From a virus: a DNA stretch of 64,000 bases. The stretch's first letter is position 1; each line of letters opens with the position of its first letter. The translations under genes were made by a program, and so were the position numbers. Below are positions 17,030-24,953 of this stretch, one piece after another. The stretch spans positions 5,713-69,712 of the IMG/VR virus record IMGVR_UViG_3300030098_000945, one strand, 5' to 3'. The notes under the pieces are model-generated. The model searched no databases. It saw only the letters and a program-made list of their open reading frames with translations, and was not told the DNA's origin.

Positions 17030-17461
17030 TTATCCTTTATATGTTGATTGATATGCAAGCTCCCGTTCTAACTTTGGGAGCATTGGTCTATATTTTGCTT
17101 GGAGTTTCCTTTCTTGTTCTATATTTTTATCTACTCTAGCAAAATTCTCTAATACTTTTTTGTGGTATTTCTTATCTATCTTTGCCAATACCTCTTCTGG
17201 ATTAGTATTAAACATTAAGTTAATGTCGTAACCTTCCTTTTTTAATAATAAAAACAAATCATGTGCTGGTATTCCGTTTTGACCCTTTTCTTGTTTTTGT
17301 ACTTGCTGAAAAGTTTTACCTTGTGCTTTAGCATGAACTGTTTGGTTTTTATGTTTTGGCAATCTTGATTGTGAACCATTGCCATTATCTATAACTTTAT
17401 CTAGGAACCTAAAGGCAAAGAGAAACTTTGCAATTCTTCCTTTATAGTGTAGTGCATCCAT
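17030..17461 (-). CDS. XRE-family HTH protein co-transcribed with integrase
   Basis: TFQQVQKQEKG motif of alphaproteobacterial XRE regulators; homologue at 55594. Confidence 0.7.
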   Translation of the reverse strand: MDALHYKGRIAKFLFAFRFLDKVIDNGNGSQSRLPKHKNQTVHAKAQGKTFQQVQKQEKGQNGIPAHDLFLLLKKEGYDINLMFNTNPEEVLAKIDKKYHKKVLENFARVDKNIEQERKLQAKYRPMLPKLERELAYQSTYKG

Positions 17462-17464
17462 ATT

Positions 17465-18631
17465 TTATCCTTTTATTAGATTGTTTATGGCAGCTAGTCT
17501 TTTTGTCTTATTCATATTAAGATCCTTTTGATAAAACTTTCCAAATGTTTTTAGATTGGTCCAGCCATATCTATCTTGGAATTGTTTATCAGTAAGAATT
17601 TTCATGTCTCTAACTAAAGAACTATTGAACGGTCTAAACACAGCAAATCCTTCTTGCCAATCAATACCCAGTTTTTTAGTAGATTGTTTAATTTTTTTAT
17701 AAGCTGTTCCTTTAGTAATATTAAATACTCTTTTTAATAAACCTTCTTTTTTAGGAAAAATCTGGTTCTGCATATGTAATTTTAATATATTTAAACAAAG
17801 ATCTGACACCTCAACGGATCTTCTGGAGCTGTCGGTCTTTAAAAAGTTTTCTCTAAAATTACTTTTTTTATCTAAAGAATGTCTAAAGTGAATTAATCCT
17901 TTATCAAAATCTACATCATTATAACAGATTGCAACAACTTCATTTGGTCTAGCACCTGTCTCAGCTGCCAATCTATAAAGAGCTTTCATTTTTATATCGT
18001 GTTCTTCATTACATAATCTAACAACATTTGCATATTGTGGGATCCAATAATCTTTTGGAACCTGTTGAAAGAAATTTTTGTGGAATTGAAAGTCTAAGAT
18101 ACTTTCGTCTATATGCCATTTATTTGCTTTGCAGTATTTTAAAAATAACTTAAATTCTGCAACAGCATATTTAATAGTTTTTTTACCAATGGTTTTATTT
18201 AATTGAATTAAAGTTCCTTTATTTCTATTAACCCATTTTTTACTGCTATTAACTCTTGGAAGGGTATACTTTAAAAAATCTGCTAAGATATACTCATTAA
18301 CCCAAACTTTGTTAATATACGGCTGGATATGGAGCTTTAACAGGCTAATTTTAACATGGTTACTCTCTTCCTGGTTAAGTTTATCGTTTTTTAAATACTT
18401 AAAATAATCTGAAAAAGCATTTTCAAATTTAACTCTTCCACCAGGTAAACTAATTTCTTCTGGTTTTAAACTATCTTTATATATATTAGCTTGTCTTTTT
18501 TGATTTGGTTGAAACTTAACTGTTTCTCCATTTTCTTTAACGGTAATTTTTTGTTTACCTTCATAACCAACAACCTTCCAATAAATAAGATGACCCTTGG
18601 AGTTATTAACTCTTTGAACTTGAAATTTCAA
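17465..18631 (-). CDS. int: Tyrosine integrase
   Basis: TGARPNE, LKT, AVFR, YGW, FY catalytic positions; adjacent att site. Confidence 0.9.
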   Translation of the reverse strand: MKFQVQRVNNSKGHLIYWKVVGYEGKQKITVKENGETVKFQPNQKRQANIYKDSLKPEEISLPGGRVKFENAFSDYFKYLKNDKLNQEESNHVKISLLKLHIQPYINKVWVNEYILADFLKYTLPRVNSSKKWVNRNKGTLIQLNKTIGKKTIKYAVAEFKLFLKYCKANKWHIDESILDFQFHKNFFQQVPKDYWIPQYANVVRLCNEEHDIKMKALYRLAAETGARPNEVVAICYNDVDFDKGLIHFRHSLDKKSNFRENFLKTDSSRRSVEVSDLCLNILKLHMQNQIFPKKEGLLKRVFNITKGTAYKKIKQSTKKLGIDWQEGFAVFRPFNSSLVRDMKILTDKQFQDRYGWTNLKTFGKFYQKDLNMNKTKRLAAINNLIKG

Positions 18632-19195
18632 TTAAACAGCTCCTTGTTGTTTTTGTTTTTCTTTTTCTGCATATTCTTTTTTCTTCTGCTCCCAATATGG
18701 CTCATAGTCTTTGCTGCCATATTTTGGATTACTGTTGAAAGTTACCCAAGCTCCAGAAGAAACTTTTACTGCCTGCTCAACTGGTTTTGGATAATCATAA
18801 CCTTGAACGGAACCACCAGTAACAGCTCCACCTCCATTGTTATCTGCAGCAGCAACAGATCCATCTGGCATTAACCAAATATCTTCATAGTATTTGTAAT
18901 CAACCATGCCATCAAAACCTGCACCAGAATAAGTATCTACAAACTTTTGCATCTCATCTGTTTGTTCTTTGGTAACTCCTTTTTTCCAACCATCCTGTAA
19001 ATAAATATCTACAGAGCAGCCTCCTGCAAAATACTTACTGCTTTTTGCAAACTTGTATTGAGGATATTTCTTTTTAATACCTTCAAGAATTAAAGTTGCT
19101 AACTCTGTAGCAGAAATTGAAACATAGGGATTTTTATTTCCCTGGGAAACTTCTGCATCATATTTAGCTTTGCATTTTTGATATAGTTTATTCAT
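18632..19195 (-). CDS. LPD29-like protein
   Basis: ELATLI...YPQYKF...AGGCSVDI...DG...FDGMVDY pattern recalled for the LPD29 domain. Confidence 0.6.
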   Translation of the reverse strand: MNKLYQKCKAKYDAEVSQGNKNPYVSISATELATLILEGIKKKYPQYKFAKSSKYFAGGCSVDIYLQDGWKKGVTKEQTDEMQKFVDTYSGAGFDGMVDYKYYEDIWLMPDGSVAAADNNGGGAVTGGSVQGYDYPKPVEQAVKVSSGAWVTFNSNPKYGSKDYEPYWEQKKKEYAEKEKQKQQGAV

Positions 19196-19494
19196 TAAGC
19201 AGCCTCCTTATTTAATTGTTTGTGATTTTCTAAGATAGCATCCATGTTTAACTTGCCGTTGCCAACTTCAATATTAAGCTCTTTTAAAAGTTTTTTTCCA
19301 GCAGCGTTTTTTACTAATCTTGCAGCAACTAAAAAGCCATGAAAAAACTTATCAAATTTTTTCCAACTTTTAGTATCAACTTTATTTGCAAGATCTGCTG
19401 CTCCAAGAGCAGCTAGTAAATCATAAAGAGTAATAACTCTTATAGATCCATCTTTTCTTTTTATTTTATCTCCAACTTTATAACCTTTATACAT
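19195..19494 (-). CDS. Hypothetical early protein (ends KEAA)
   Basis: ORF bounded by the SD/stop junction repeat. Confidence 0.65.
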   Translation of the reverse strand: MYKGYKVGDKIKRKDGSIRVITLYDLLAALGAADLANKVDTKSWKKFDKFFHGFLVAARLVKNAAGKKLLKELNIEVGNGKLNMDAILENHKQLNKEAA

Positions 19495-19820
19495 TAAGCA
19501 GCCTCCTTTAAATTGTTTCTGTATAATTGAGCCTTAAAAACTTCTCCAACAAACTGATCTTGTTTAAGTTTTTTTAAATTCTTAAACCACGCTACCATCA
19601 CAGATAAATCGTTATTCATTTTGAATTGAGTAGTTTTTAATTTTACATGGATCTTGCCATCAAAGTTATAGTTATGAGATCCAGTAAAAAATTTACCAAC
19701 AAAAGAATTTAACCATTTACCCTTGTCGGTATTGTTAGAGATCTTAGGAACCTTATATGAAACATCTTTTTTCATCCAGGTTCTCCATGGATCAGTTTGT
19801 TTTACATAGTGAATTATCAA
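19494..19820 (-). CDS. Hypothetical early protein (ends KEAA)
   Basis: ORF bounded by the junction repeat. Confidence 0.65.
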   Translation of the reverse strand: MIIHYVKQTDPWRTWMKKDVSYKVPKISNNTDKGKWLNSFVGKFFTGSHNYNFDGKIHVKLKTTQFKMNNDLSVMVAWFKNLKKLKQDQFVGEVFKAQLYRNNLKEAA

Positions 19821-19969
19821 GCAGCCTCCTTTTTTGTTTTATCCCACACAAGCAAAACCTTACCGATAACCTTTGAAGATTTATTTTTTTGTGGAAGGAT
19901 TATTTTAGTAAAGTATTTCTCTAAAGCAGAGAAGGTAGCGAACTTGTATCTTTTTAAGTTTTTTACCAT
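19817..19969 (-). CDS. 50-aa early protein (ends KEAA)
   Basis: Translated by hand, MVKNLKRYKF...KKEAA. Confidence 0.6.
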   Translation of the reverse strand: MVKNLKRYKFATFSALEKYFTKIILPQKNKSSKVIGKVLLVWDKTKKEAA

Positions 19970-19977
19970 ACATTATT

Positions 19978-20046
19978 TATATAAGTGTTAGTTGCTAGTT
20001 TGTCAACACTTATGGATAAATAAATATTAAATTGACAAATAAGCAA
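19978..20046 (-). promoter_or_regulatory. Leftward early promoter TTGACA-N17-TATATA with two 15-bp operators
   Basis: Operators 19992-20006 and 20032-20046; equivalent at 58141-58211. Confidence 0.7.
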
Positions 20047-20088
20047 ATTTATCAAGGCAAAATGAGGGTATTACTAATATTCAATTAG

Positions 20089-20105
20089 TTTAGAATAGTT
20101 ATAAA
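20089..20105. promoter_or_regulatory. ICE/Irr-box-like palindrome TTTAGAA-TAG-TTATAAA
   Basis: One mismatch to TTTAGAA-N3-TTCTAAA; conserved at 58252. Confidence 0.4.
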
Positions 20106-20113
20106 GTACCAGT

Positions 20114-20311
20114 TTAACCTGGTAATTTACTTTGTTCGTCTTTCAAAGTAATTATATCAATCAGCTTTGAATGACTTTGTTTAGAAAGAGCAGCAATAGC
20201 TGGATGAACAGTATCGTCTTTTAACAACTTATTTATTTTTCTGTTCAACTTTTTTCTCTCCTTTTCTTTCTCCTGGATTTCTTTTCCCAGGTGTTGGTAG
20301 TGTGTTATCAT
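20114..20311 (-). CDS. Small coiled-coil protein
   Basis: Conserved at 58277. Confidence 0.6.
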   Translation of the reverse strand: MITHYQHLGKEIQEKEKERKKLNRKINKLLKDDTVHPAIAALSKQSHSKLIDIITLKDEQSKLPG

Positions 20312-20486
20312 TTGGATTACTAACCTCCTTCATCCTATTGAAATCGTAACTGATAGTTTTTTCATCAATTACTATTTTAGCTGCGGTAGTTGGCACACTA
20401 GCTTTAACCGCAGTATCCAGATCTTTAAAGGTTTCTGTAGCTGTAAATGAAACAGAACCAGACCAGAATTTTTCAACTTTACCCAT
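20229..20486 (-). CDS. Hypothetical protein (KFWSGSVSF)
   Basis: Conserved at 58380. Confidence 0.65.
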   Translation of the reverse strand: MGKVEKFWSGSVSFTATETFKDLDTAVKASVPTTAAKIVIDEKTISYDFNRMKEVSNPNDNTLPTPGKRNPGERKGEKKVEQKNK

Positions 20487-20724
20487 TTGGGTAATCTCTT
20501 TCTTTAATCATTTGTAAATAGTGAATGGCTTTATTGATGTCTTGAATTTTGCCTTTTTTTGAATGTCTACAGGTGTATTTTATAACATTTCCTTCAGCAA
20601 ATGGAAGTTTATTTTCGTTTATAAATTGTGCTGGCTGGATCTTCATTCCTTTATAATGATTGCCGTCTACCTGGGTTTCTAAACTATCGTAAATCATTGG
20701 TTTAAACATATCCGCATTTGTCAT
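20479..20724 (-). CDS. DUF3310 (SaV-like) protein
   Basis: QVDGNHY..IQP..F...GNVIKY..R..KG..QD..KA.HYL. Confidence 0.8.
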   Translation of the reverse strand: MTNADMFKPMIYDSLETQVDGNHYKGMKIQPAQFINENKLPFAEGNVIKYTCRHSKKGKIQDINKAIHYLQMIKERDYPNG

Positions 20725-20936
20725 TTTATTACTTGGATACTTCTTGCTTTTCCTGGTAGTTTTTTTATCCATCCTCTTTCCTCTAATTGTTTAATTCTAG
20801 CATAAATTCCACATTTGGATTTTGCACCTATCGCCACCTTCATTTCATCGTAAGATGGCGATATGTTTTTTTTAGAAATATAGCTTTTAATAAACTTAAA
20901 AAGTTTTAGTTGCTTTTCAGTTAAGCCATATTGCAT
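20721..20936 (-). CDS. LexA-like DNA-binding-domain-only protein
   Basis: LTEKQ...SPSYDEM...SK.GI...LEERGWI...GKARSI; no peptidase domain. Confidence 0.8.
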   Translation of the reverse strand: MQYGLTEKQLKLFKFIKSYISKKNISPSYDEMKVAIGAKSKCGIYARIKQLEERGWIKKLPGKARSIQVIK

Positions 20937-20944
20937 TGTTTCCC

Positions 20945-21232
20945 CTAAAATTGATCGTCAAATCCATCATTAGAAGCTGGCTTATCTCCACCAGTTTTCT
21001 TAATGGTAATTTTTAGATCCTTATTTTCTTGGATATAACAAGCTGCCTCGCACCAGGTACCATTAATCGTAAAGTTCTTACGATAAGGTTTCCCAGATTT
21101 TTGATTTATCTTTTCACTATCCACCAAAACTAGATCTGGTTTATTATCGCCAGGTTTTTTATCTGGGTTCCTCTTCAATGAAAAGGTACACATCCAGTTT
21201 GGGTCTTTTGGTTTATTTTTAAAATCAGCCAT
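20945..21232 (-). CDS. Putative single-stranded DNA-binding protein
   Basis: NxxK..DNKPD motif, acidic-aromatic C-terminal tail (FDDQF); follows the annealing gene. Confidence 0.55.
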   Translation of the reverse strand: MADFKNKPKDPNWMCTFSLKRNPDKKPGDNKPDLVLVDSEKINQKSGKPYRKNFTINGTWCEAACYIQENKDLKITIKKTGGDKPASNDGFDDQF

Positions 21233-21237
21233 ATATA

Positions 21238-21822
21238 TTATCCTCCTATGAATTGCTGGTTTCTATTTAAAAAGGCTTGTTTTAATTTTTCGTACCTTTT
21301 TAAATCTTGTTTCTTTAGCTCTGTTAAGAAATCTTTATTTTGACTTTTAATTTGTTCCAAGTTTGCTTGATGACTTGCGTTTTTAATTCTTTCTAAAATG
21401 ATTGTTTCCTGGTTTAAATCTATACCGGTATTTTGATTATTATTATTTTTTATATTTGATAATTCTTCTGAACTATAAATATTACCATGAATACCAAGAG
21501 CTTTAAGAATAGCTCGATCCGCAGCTCTCTTTTCTGCTACAGCTACAGGAAATATAAAATCATTATTAAGAGGGGAAACTTCTCCAAGTGTATAAAAGTT
21601 TTTACCGTTAAATGTTGCAACAGCTTTAACTACTGCACAACCTTTTTCTAAATTACAATGTTTTATTTCTACATTGGTTTCAATATTATAAGTGTTGGCT
21701 AATTTTTCTAATTCTAAATGTTTGATAGCAAATTTACCATTGCCAATCTCCCACATACCGCCATTAGCTTTTAACTTTGTTATTTCATTTTCAATTTTAT
21801 TAATATTAATAACTTTACCCAT
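21238..21822 (-). CDS. Putative single-strand annealing recombinase (Rad52/Sak-like)
   Basis: AVAEKRAADRAILKAL motif; lies between exonuclease and SSB-like genes. Confidence 0.6.
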   Translation of the reverse strand: MGKVININKIENEITKLKANGGMWEIGNGKFAIKHLELEKLANTYNIETNVEIKHCNLEKGCAVVKAVATFNGKNFYTLGEVSPLNNDFIFPVAVAEKRAADRAILKALGIHGNIYSSEELSNIKNNNNQNTGIDLNQETIILERIKNASHQANLEQIKSQNKDFLTELKKQDLKRYEKLKQAFLNRNQQFIGG

Positions 21823-22069
21823 AATCCCTTTCTGATAGCCAGATGAATGAAACTGGGGAAAGATAACTGCCTGTTATAAAACCCAGGTTTAACCTCTCGA
21901 TCAAACGCATCTGGCTACCGTTATTAGTAAAGAGATGACTTATAACTATGAGGGAGATAAGAAAAACAATCAATATAAGGAGCATACCTTTTGATTTGTT
22001 TTTTTTCTTTACTAATTCTTTTTTCAGCAGCCAAGATTGAGGATTAATCATTGAGTTATCTTCTCTCAT
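21815..22069 (-). CDS. Small TM protein overlapping a structured RNA
   Basis: Conserved at 60015-60269. Confidence 0.55.
   Translation of the reverse strand: MREDNSMINPQSWLLKKELVKKKNKSKGMLLILIVFLISLIVISHLFTNNGSQMRLIERLNLGFITGSYLSPVSFIWLSERDYG
21834..21919 (-). ncRNA. Conserved three-way-junction RNA element
   Basis: Compensatory changes relative to 60034-60119; GAGA tetraloop; G-U pairs fix the minus strand. Confidence 0.7.
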
Positions 22070-22998
22070 AGTAAACCCCATAGTTTCATTGCTGCTTGTT
22101 TGTGATCTCCTAAACCGTTCCAAAAGAAGTGGTCGAAATCACATGGAATATCTTGGAACCAAGTAGTTTTACCAGCATGGTTTTCCATTACTCTTTCTCT
22201 ACGTTTGGCAACTATTGCCATTTTATTTAATTGAAGTTCTAAATTTTCTGGTTTTAAATCATCGCAATTATCTGGAGTAAAAACATTATAATCTTTTTCA
22301 TTAATTACTAATAAGTGAGGTTTCTTTTTTTTATTGCAAGCTAACCAATAGAAAGCAACTTGGAGAATGTGATCTTGCCAACCTAAATAACCTTCATCTA
22401 TTTTAGGTAAAGAATAATTAGATGTACCATCTTTTTTGGGTCTGTTTTTCTTTCGCCATTTTGTTTTAATTTCAACAAAATTATTTTCATCTTCTATATC
22501 TATTCTACCGATACAAGGTAATAAGCAATTAGGTAATTCTAAACTAACGGATCTCTCGCAATCTATTGGATTTTTTAATTTAATTTCTCTTAATCCATAT
22601 TTTAATTGTTGGAATGTTAAAGCTAAACCTTGTCTATTTATATCGTGTTGCTCTCTGTCTTTATCATCTGCGGGATCATATAAATTAAATTTTTCTATAA
22701 TTTTTTCAAAAACTTTTCTTTGCGGTGGTATTTCTTTTCTGGTTAATCCTGTACCTTTAACATATTCCCAAACATAATTGCCAAATTGTAATTGCGCCAT
22801 ATCGCCAATACAAACTCCAGAAAACATTTTAGAATTAATAGGCAGCTCTCGTCTCTCTTCTTGGGATAAGTATAAATATTTGTAACTCCAAATATCATCA
22901 TTGGAATTTATTTGAGATGGGGAGTGATGGTTGATGCCGTATAGCTCAACCCATTTAGGTAATTCTTTTATATTGTCTAAAAATTCGTCTTTTTCCAT
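22066..22998 (-). CDS. PD-(D/E)XK exonuclease (recombination)
   Basis: HHSPSQ, GRIDIE...VEIKT, QVAFY motifs. Confidence 0.8.
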   Translation of the reverse strand: MEKDEFLDNIKELPKWVELYGINHHSPSQINSNDDIWSYKYLYLSQEERRELPINSKMFSGVCIGDMAQLQFGNYVWEYVKGTGLTRKEIPPQRKVFEKIIEKFNLYDPADDKDREQHDINRQGLALTFQQLKYGLREIKLKNPIDCERSVSLELPNCLLPCIGRIDIEDENNFVEIKTKWRKKNRPKKDGTSNYSLPKIDEGYLGWQDHILQVAFYWLACNKKKKPHLLVINEKDYNVFTPDNCDDLKPENLELQLNKMAIVAKRRERVMENHAGKTTWFQDIPCDFDHFFWNGLGDHKQAAMKLWGLL

Positions 22999-23023
22999 AA
23001 AGCAAATCAATAGATACTTTTAT

Positions 23024-23038
23024 GAACATTATGAGAAC
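23024..23038. promoter_or_regulatory. Alphaproteobacterial LexA (SOS) box GAAC-N7-GAAC within the TTGACA promoter of the recombination operon
   Basis: GAAC-ATTATGA-GAAC; conserved with a different spacer at 61218. Confidence 0.7.
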
Positions 23039-23098
23039 TTTGTCAATACGGAATATGTATATATCCATATTATTATGGATATTAGGAATTACGAATAT

Positions 23099-23773
23099 TT
23101 AACACAAATCTGGGTTGTATTTAACTTTGACGGGTACGCAAATATCTATATCTTTTATATTAACTTTTACACAATCTTGATTTACTGGTTCTCTGGTTAA
23201 AGGATTAATAATAACCATTGAGCCATCCTCGTTAGCTCTTACAACACCCATAGTTTCATTGATTTTACCAGTTTTACTACTCCAAGATTTAGAGCAAGTA
23301 ACATAACATAGATTAGGAACAGAAAATTTTGAAAATTTATCTGCTTTTTTTATAGGCATATCAAATAAAAATATTTCTCTGTGTAAAAAATTACCTGGTA
23401 TATTTACTTGAATAGCTTTAACATTAGGTTTGTAAAACTCAAAAGGAATTGGAACCTCAAATATTTCTTCCTTTGGAAAAGTTTTTACTAAAAAATTATT
23501 ATCAATATATTTATCTAATATTATTTCTTGTCTAGGTTGGAATACTTCTACTGGATGAACATTTAAAACTTTAGCAATCTTAATAGCATTATCCCAAGTG
23601 ATCTCACGACTATTTTTCGACCACCGATTAATCGTAGTCTTGTCTCTTTTAAGTGCAGATCCTAACTGCGCTTGTGTCATTTGTTTAGAATCTAATAATT
23701 TTTTTAATTCTGCCATAGTATCTTGTTGATGCGTATTATTTATAATATGCAGCTCTGGTTTCTTTATTGTCAT
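23099..23773 (-). CDS. cI: CI-like repressor (HTH + degenerate S24-like domain)
   Basis: MTQAQLGSALKRDKTTINRW helix-turn-helix; divergent from the cro-like gene. Confidence 0.8.
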   Translation of the reverse strand: MTIKKPELHIINNTHQQDTMAELKKLLDSKQMTQAQLGSALKRDKTTINRWSKNSREITWDNAIKIAKVLNVHPVEVFQPRQEIILDKYIDNNFLVKTFPKEEIFEVPIPFEFYKPNVKAIQVNIPGNFLHREIFLFDMPIKKADKFSKFSVPNLCYVTCSKSWSSKTGKINETMGVVRANEDGSMVIINPLTREPVNQDCVKVNIKDIDICVPVKVKYNPDLC

Positions 23774-23903
23774 ATTGTCAATTTAATGCAATAAGTATAT
23801 TTATGCAAGAACTATTTGCAAATACGTCTCAAAGTTGCATAAATATTTAGTTTTACAGCATATATCCACAATAAATATGTATGAATAGTTGCCAAATTGG
23901 TAA
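23767..23903. promoter_or_regulatory. cI/cro control region with 15-bp operators
   Basis: TTGTCATATTGTCAA (23767) and TTGCCAAATTGGTAA (23889). Confidence 0.65.
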
Positions 23904-23922
23904 ATATCCATATAAGCAAATC

Positions 23923-24120
23923 ATGCAATTAGAGCAATTTAGAAAATCAAAAAATTTATCACATAAAAAGCTAGCAGAATTTTTAGGAATTAAAGGCACA
24001 TCTCCTGGATCAACTGTATTTCGTTGGTGCAATAAAGAGAGAATACCTCGACCAGAATTTATGAAACTGATCTCCGAAAAAACCAAAGGAAAAGTCAAAC
24101 CTTCTAGCTTTTATGAATAG
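23923..24120 (+). CDS. cro: Cro-like HTH protein
   Basis: LSHKKLAEFLG...TVFRW...RIPR; nearly identical at 62119. Confidence 0.8.
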   Translation: MQLEQFRKSKNLSHKKLAEFLGIKGTSPGSTVFRWCNKERIPRPEFMKLISEKTKGKVKPSSFYE

Positions 24121-24406
24121 AAAAAAAGAAAATAAAATAACTGGCAATATAGAAGATTATCCATTTGTTGAAGTTAGGTGGTTCGACACCTTGGCGGACA
24201 ATTCCTGGATGTCAGTTGAAAAAGCTAAAAAGTTAAAACCCGCAGTTTGTATTTCAAAGGGTCATAAATTAATTCAAACAAAAGAACTACTTACAATTTT
24301 TGCAGACTATTCAATAGATGCAGAGGATGGATCTTTAACTGTTGGTAATACAAACACTATTCCTGGAGCTTGGGTACAGGAGGTTACGGAGATAGTGATT
24401 AAATGA
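24113..24406 (+). CDS. Conserved phage protein (VEVRWxD...W...C.SKG)
   Basis: Conserved at 62309. Confidence 0.7.
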   Translation: MNRKKENKITGNIEDYPFVEVRWFDTLADNSWMSVEKAKKLKPAVCISKGHKLIQTKELLTIFADYSIDAEDGSLTVGNTNTIPGAWVQEVTEIVIK

Positions 24407-24651
24407 AAATATTATTTTTATTTATTGTTGCAGCTCTAATTTTATTTCCAAAAGAAACACAAAATCAAATAGTAGAGGATCCTTATAAATTAGAATGGGA
24501 ACGATTTTGTAAAGTTTGGATGCGTTATGTAAATAAATATCCAAAAGCAATGCACGCTGGATGTTGCGAAATAGATCATCCATCAAATGATATTTTAAAA
24601 CAAGGTTGGGAAGGAGAAAGTTTATTATTATGTCAAACGGAGACGATTTAA
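24403..24651 (+). CDS. Small exported protein
   Basis: Signal-like N-terminus; conserved at 63126. Confidence 0.6.
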   Translation: MKILFLFIVAALILFPKETQNQIVEDPYKLEWERFCKVWMRYVNKYPKAMHAGCCEIDHPSNDILKQGWEGESLLLCQTETI

Positions 24652-24953
24652 CTTACGAAAATGAGATCAGAAAGATAAGAGTTTCTTTAACTGATGTTGA
24701 GGATGCCAAAAAGGTAGCTGATAACCTAATGATTAAAAAGGTTGAGAAATATGAGGCTCAAATCAAAGATCTTAAAAATGAAATCAACAGGCTACAAGAA
24801 AGCTATAATAACTTAAAGGTTATAGACGAGGGTCATCAAAAGTTAAATGGAGAACTCCAGGTTAGAGTTAATAAATTAGAAAAAGATAATAAAATTTTAG
24901 AAGTAAAGTTAGAGAAACAATTAAAGGAATTTAGAAATAAGGGAGATCTTTAA
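24630..24953 (+). CDS. Coiled-coil protein
   Basis: C-terminus shared with 63379-63603. Confidence 0.6.
   Translation: MSNGDDLTYENEIRKIRVSLTDVEDAKKVADNLMIKKVEKYEAQIKDLKNEINRLQESYNNLKVIDEGHQKLNGELQVRVNKLEKDNKILEVKLEKQLKEFRNKGDL

Noticed and set aside
21830-21860. Hammerhead ribozyme suggested by CTGATAG..GAAA on +
   Set aside because: Core is not CUGANGA, the GAAA is not kept in position in unit B, and G-U pairs and tetraloops favour the minus strand
22931-23200. Plus-strand ORFs across regulatory regions (22931, 19797, 18491, 61234) and minus ORFs over cro (23853, 62100)
   Set aside because: They overlap real genes or promoters on the other strand and lack protein-like composition
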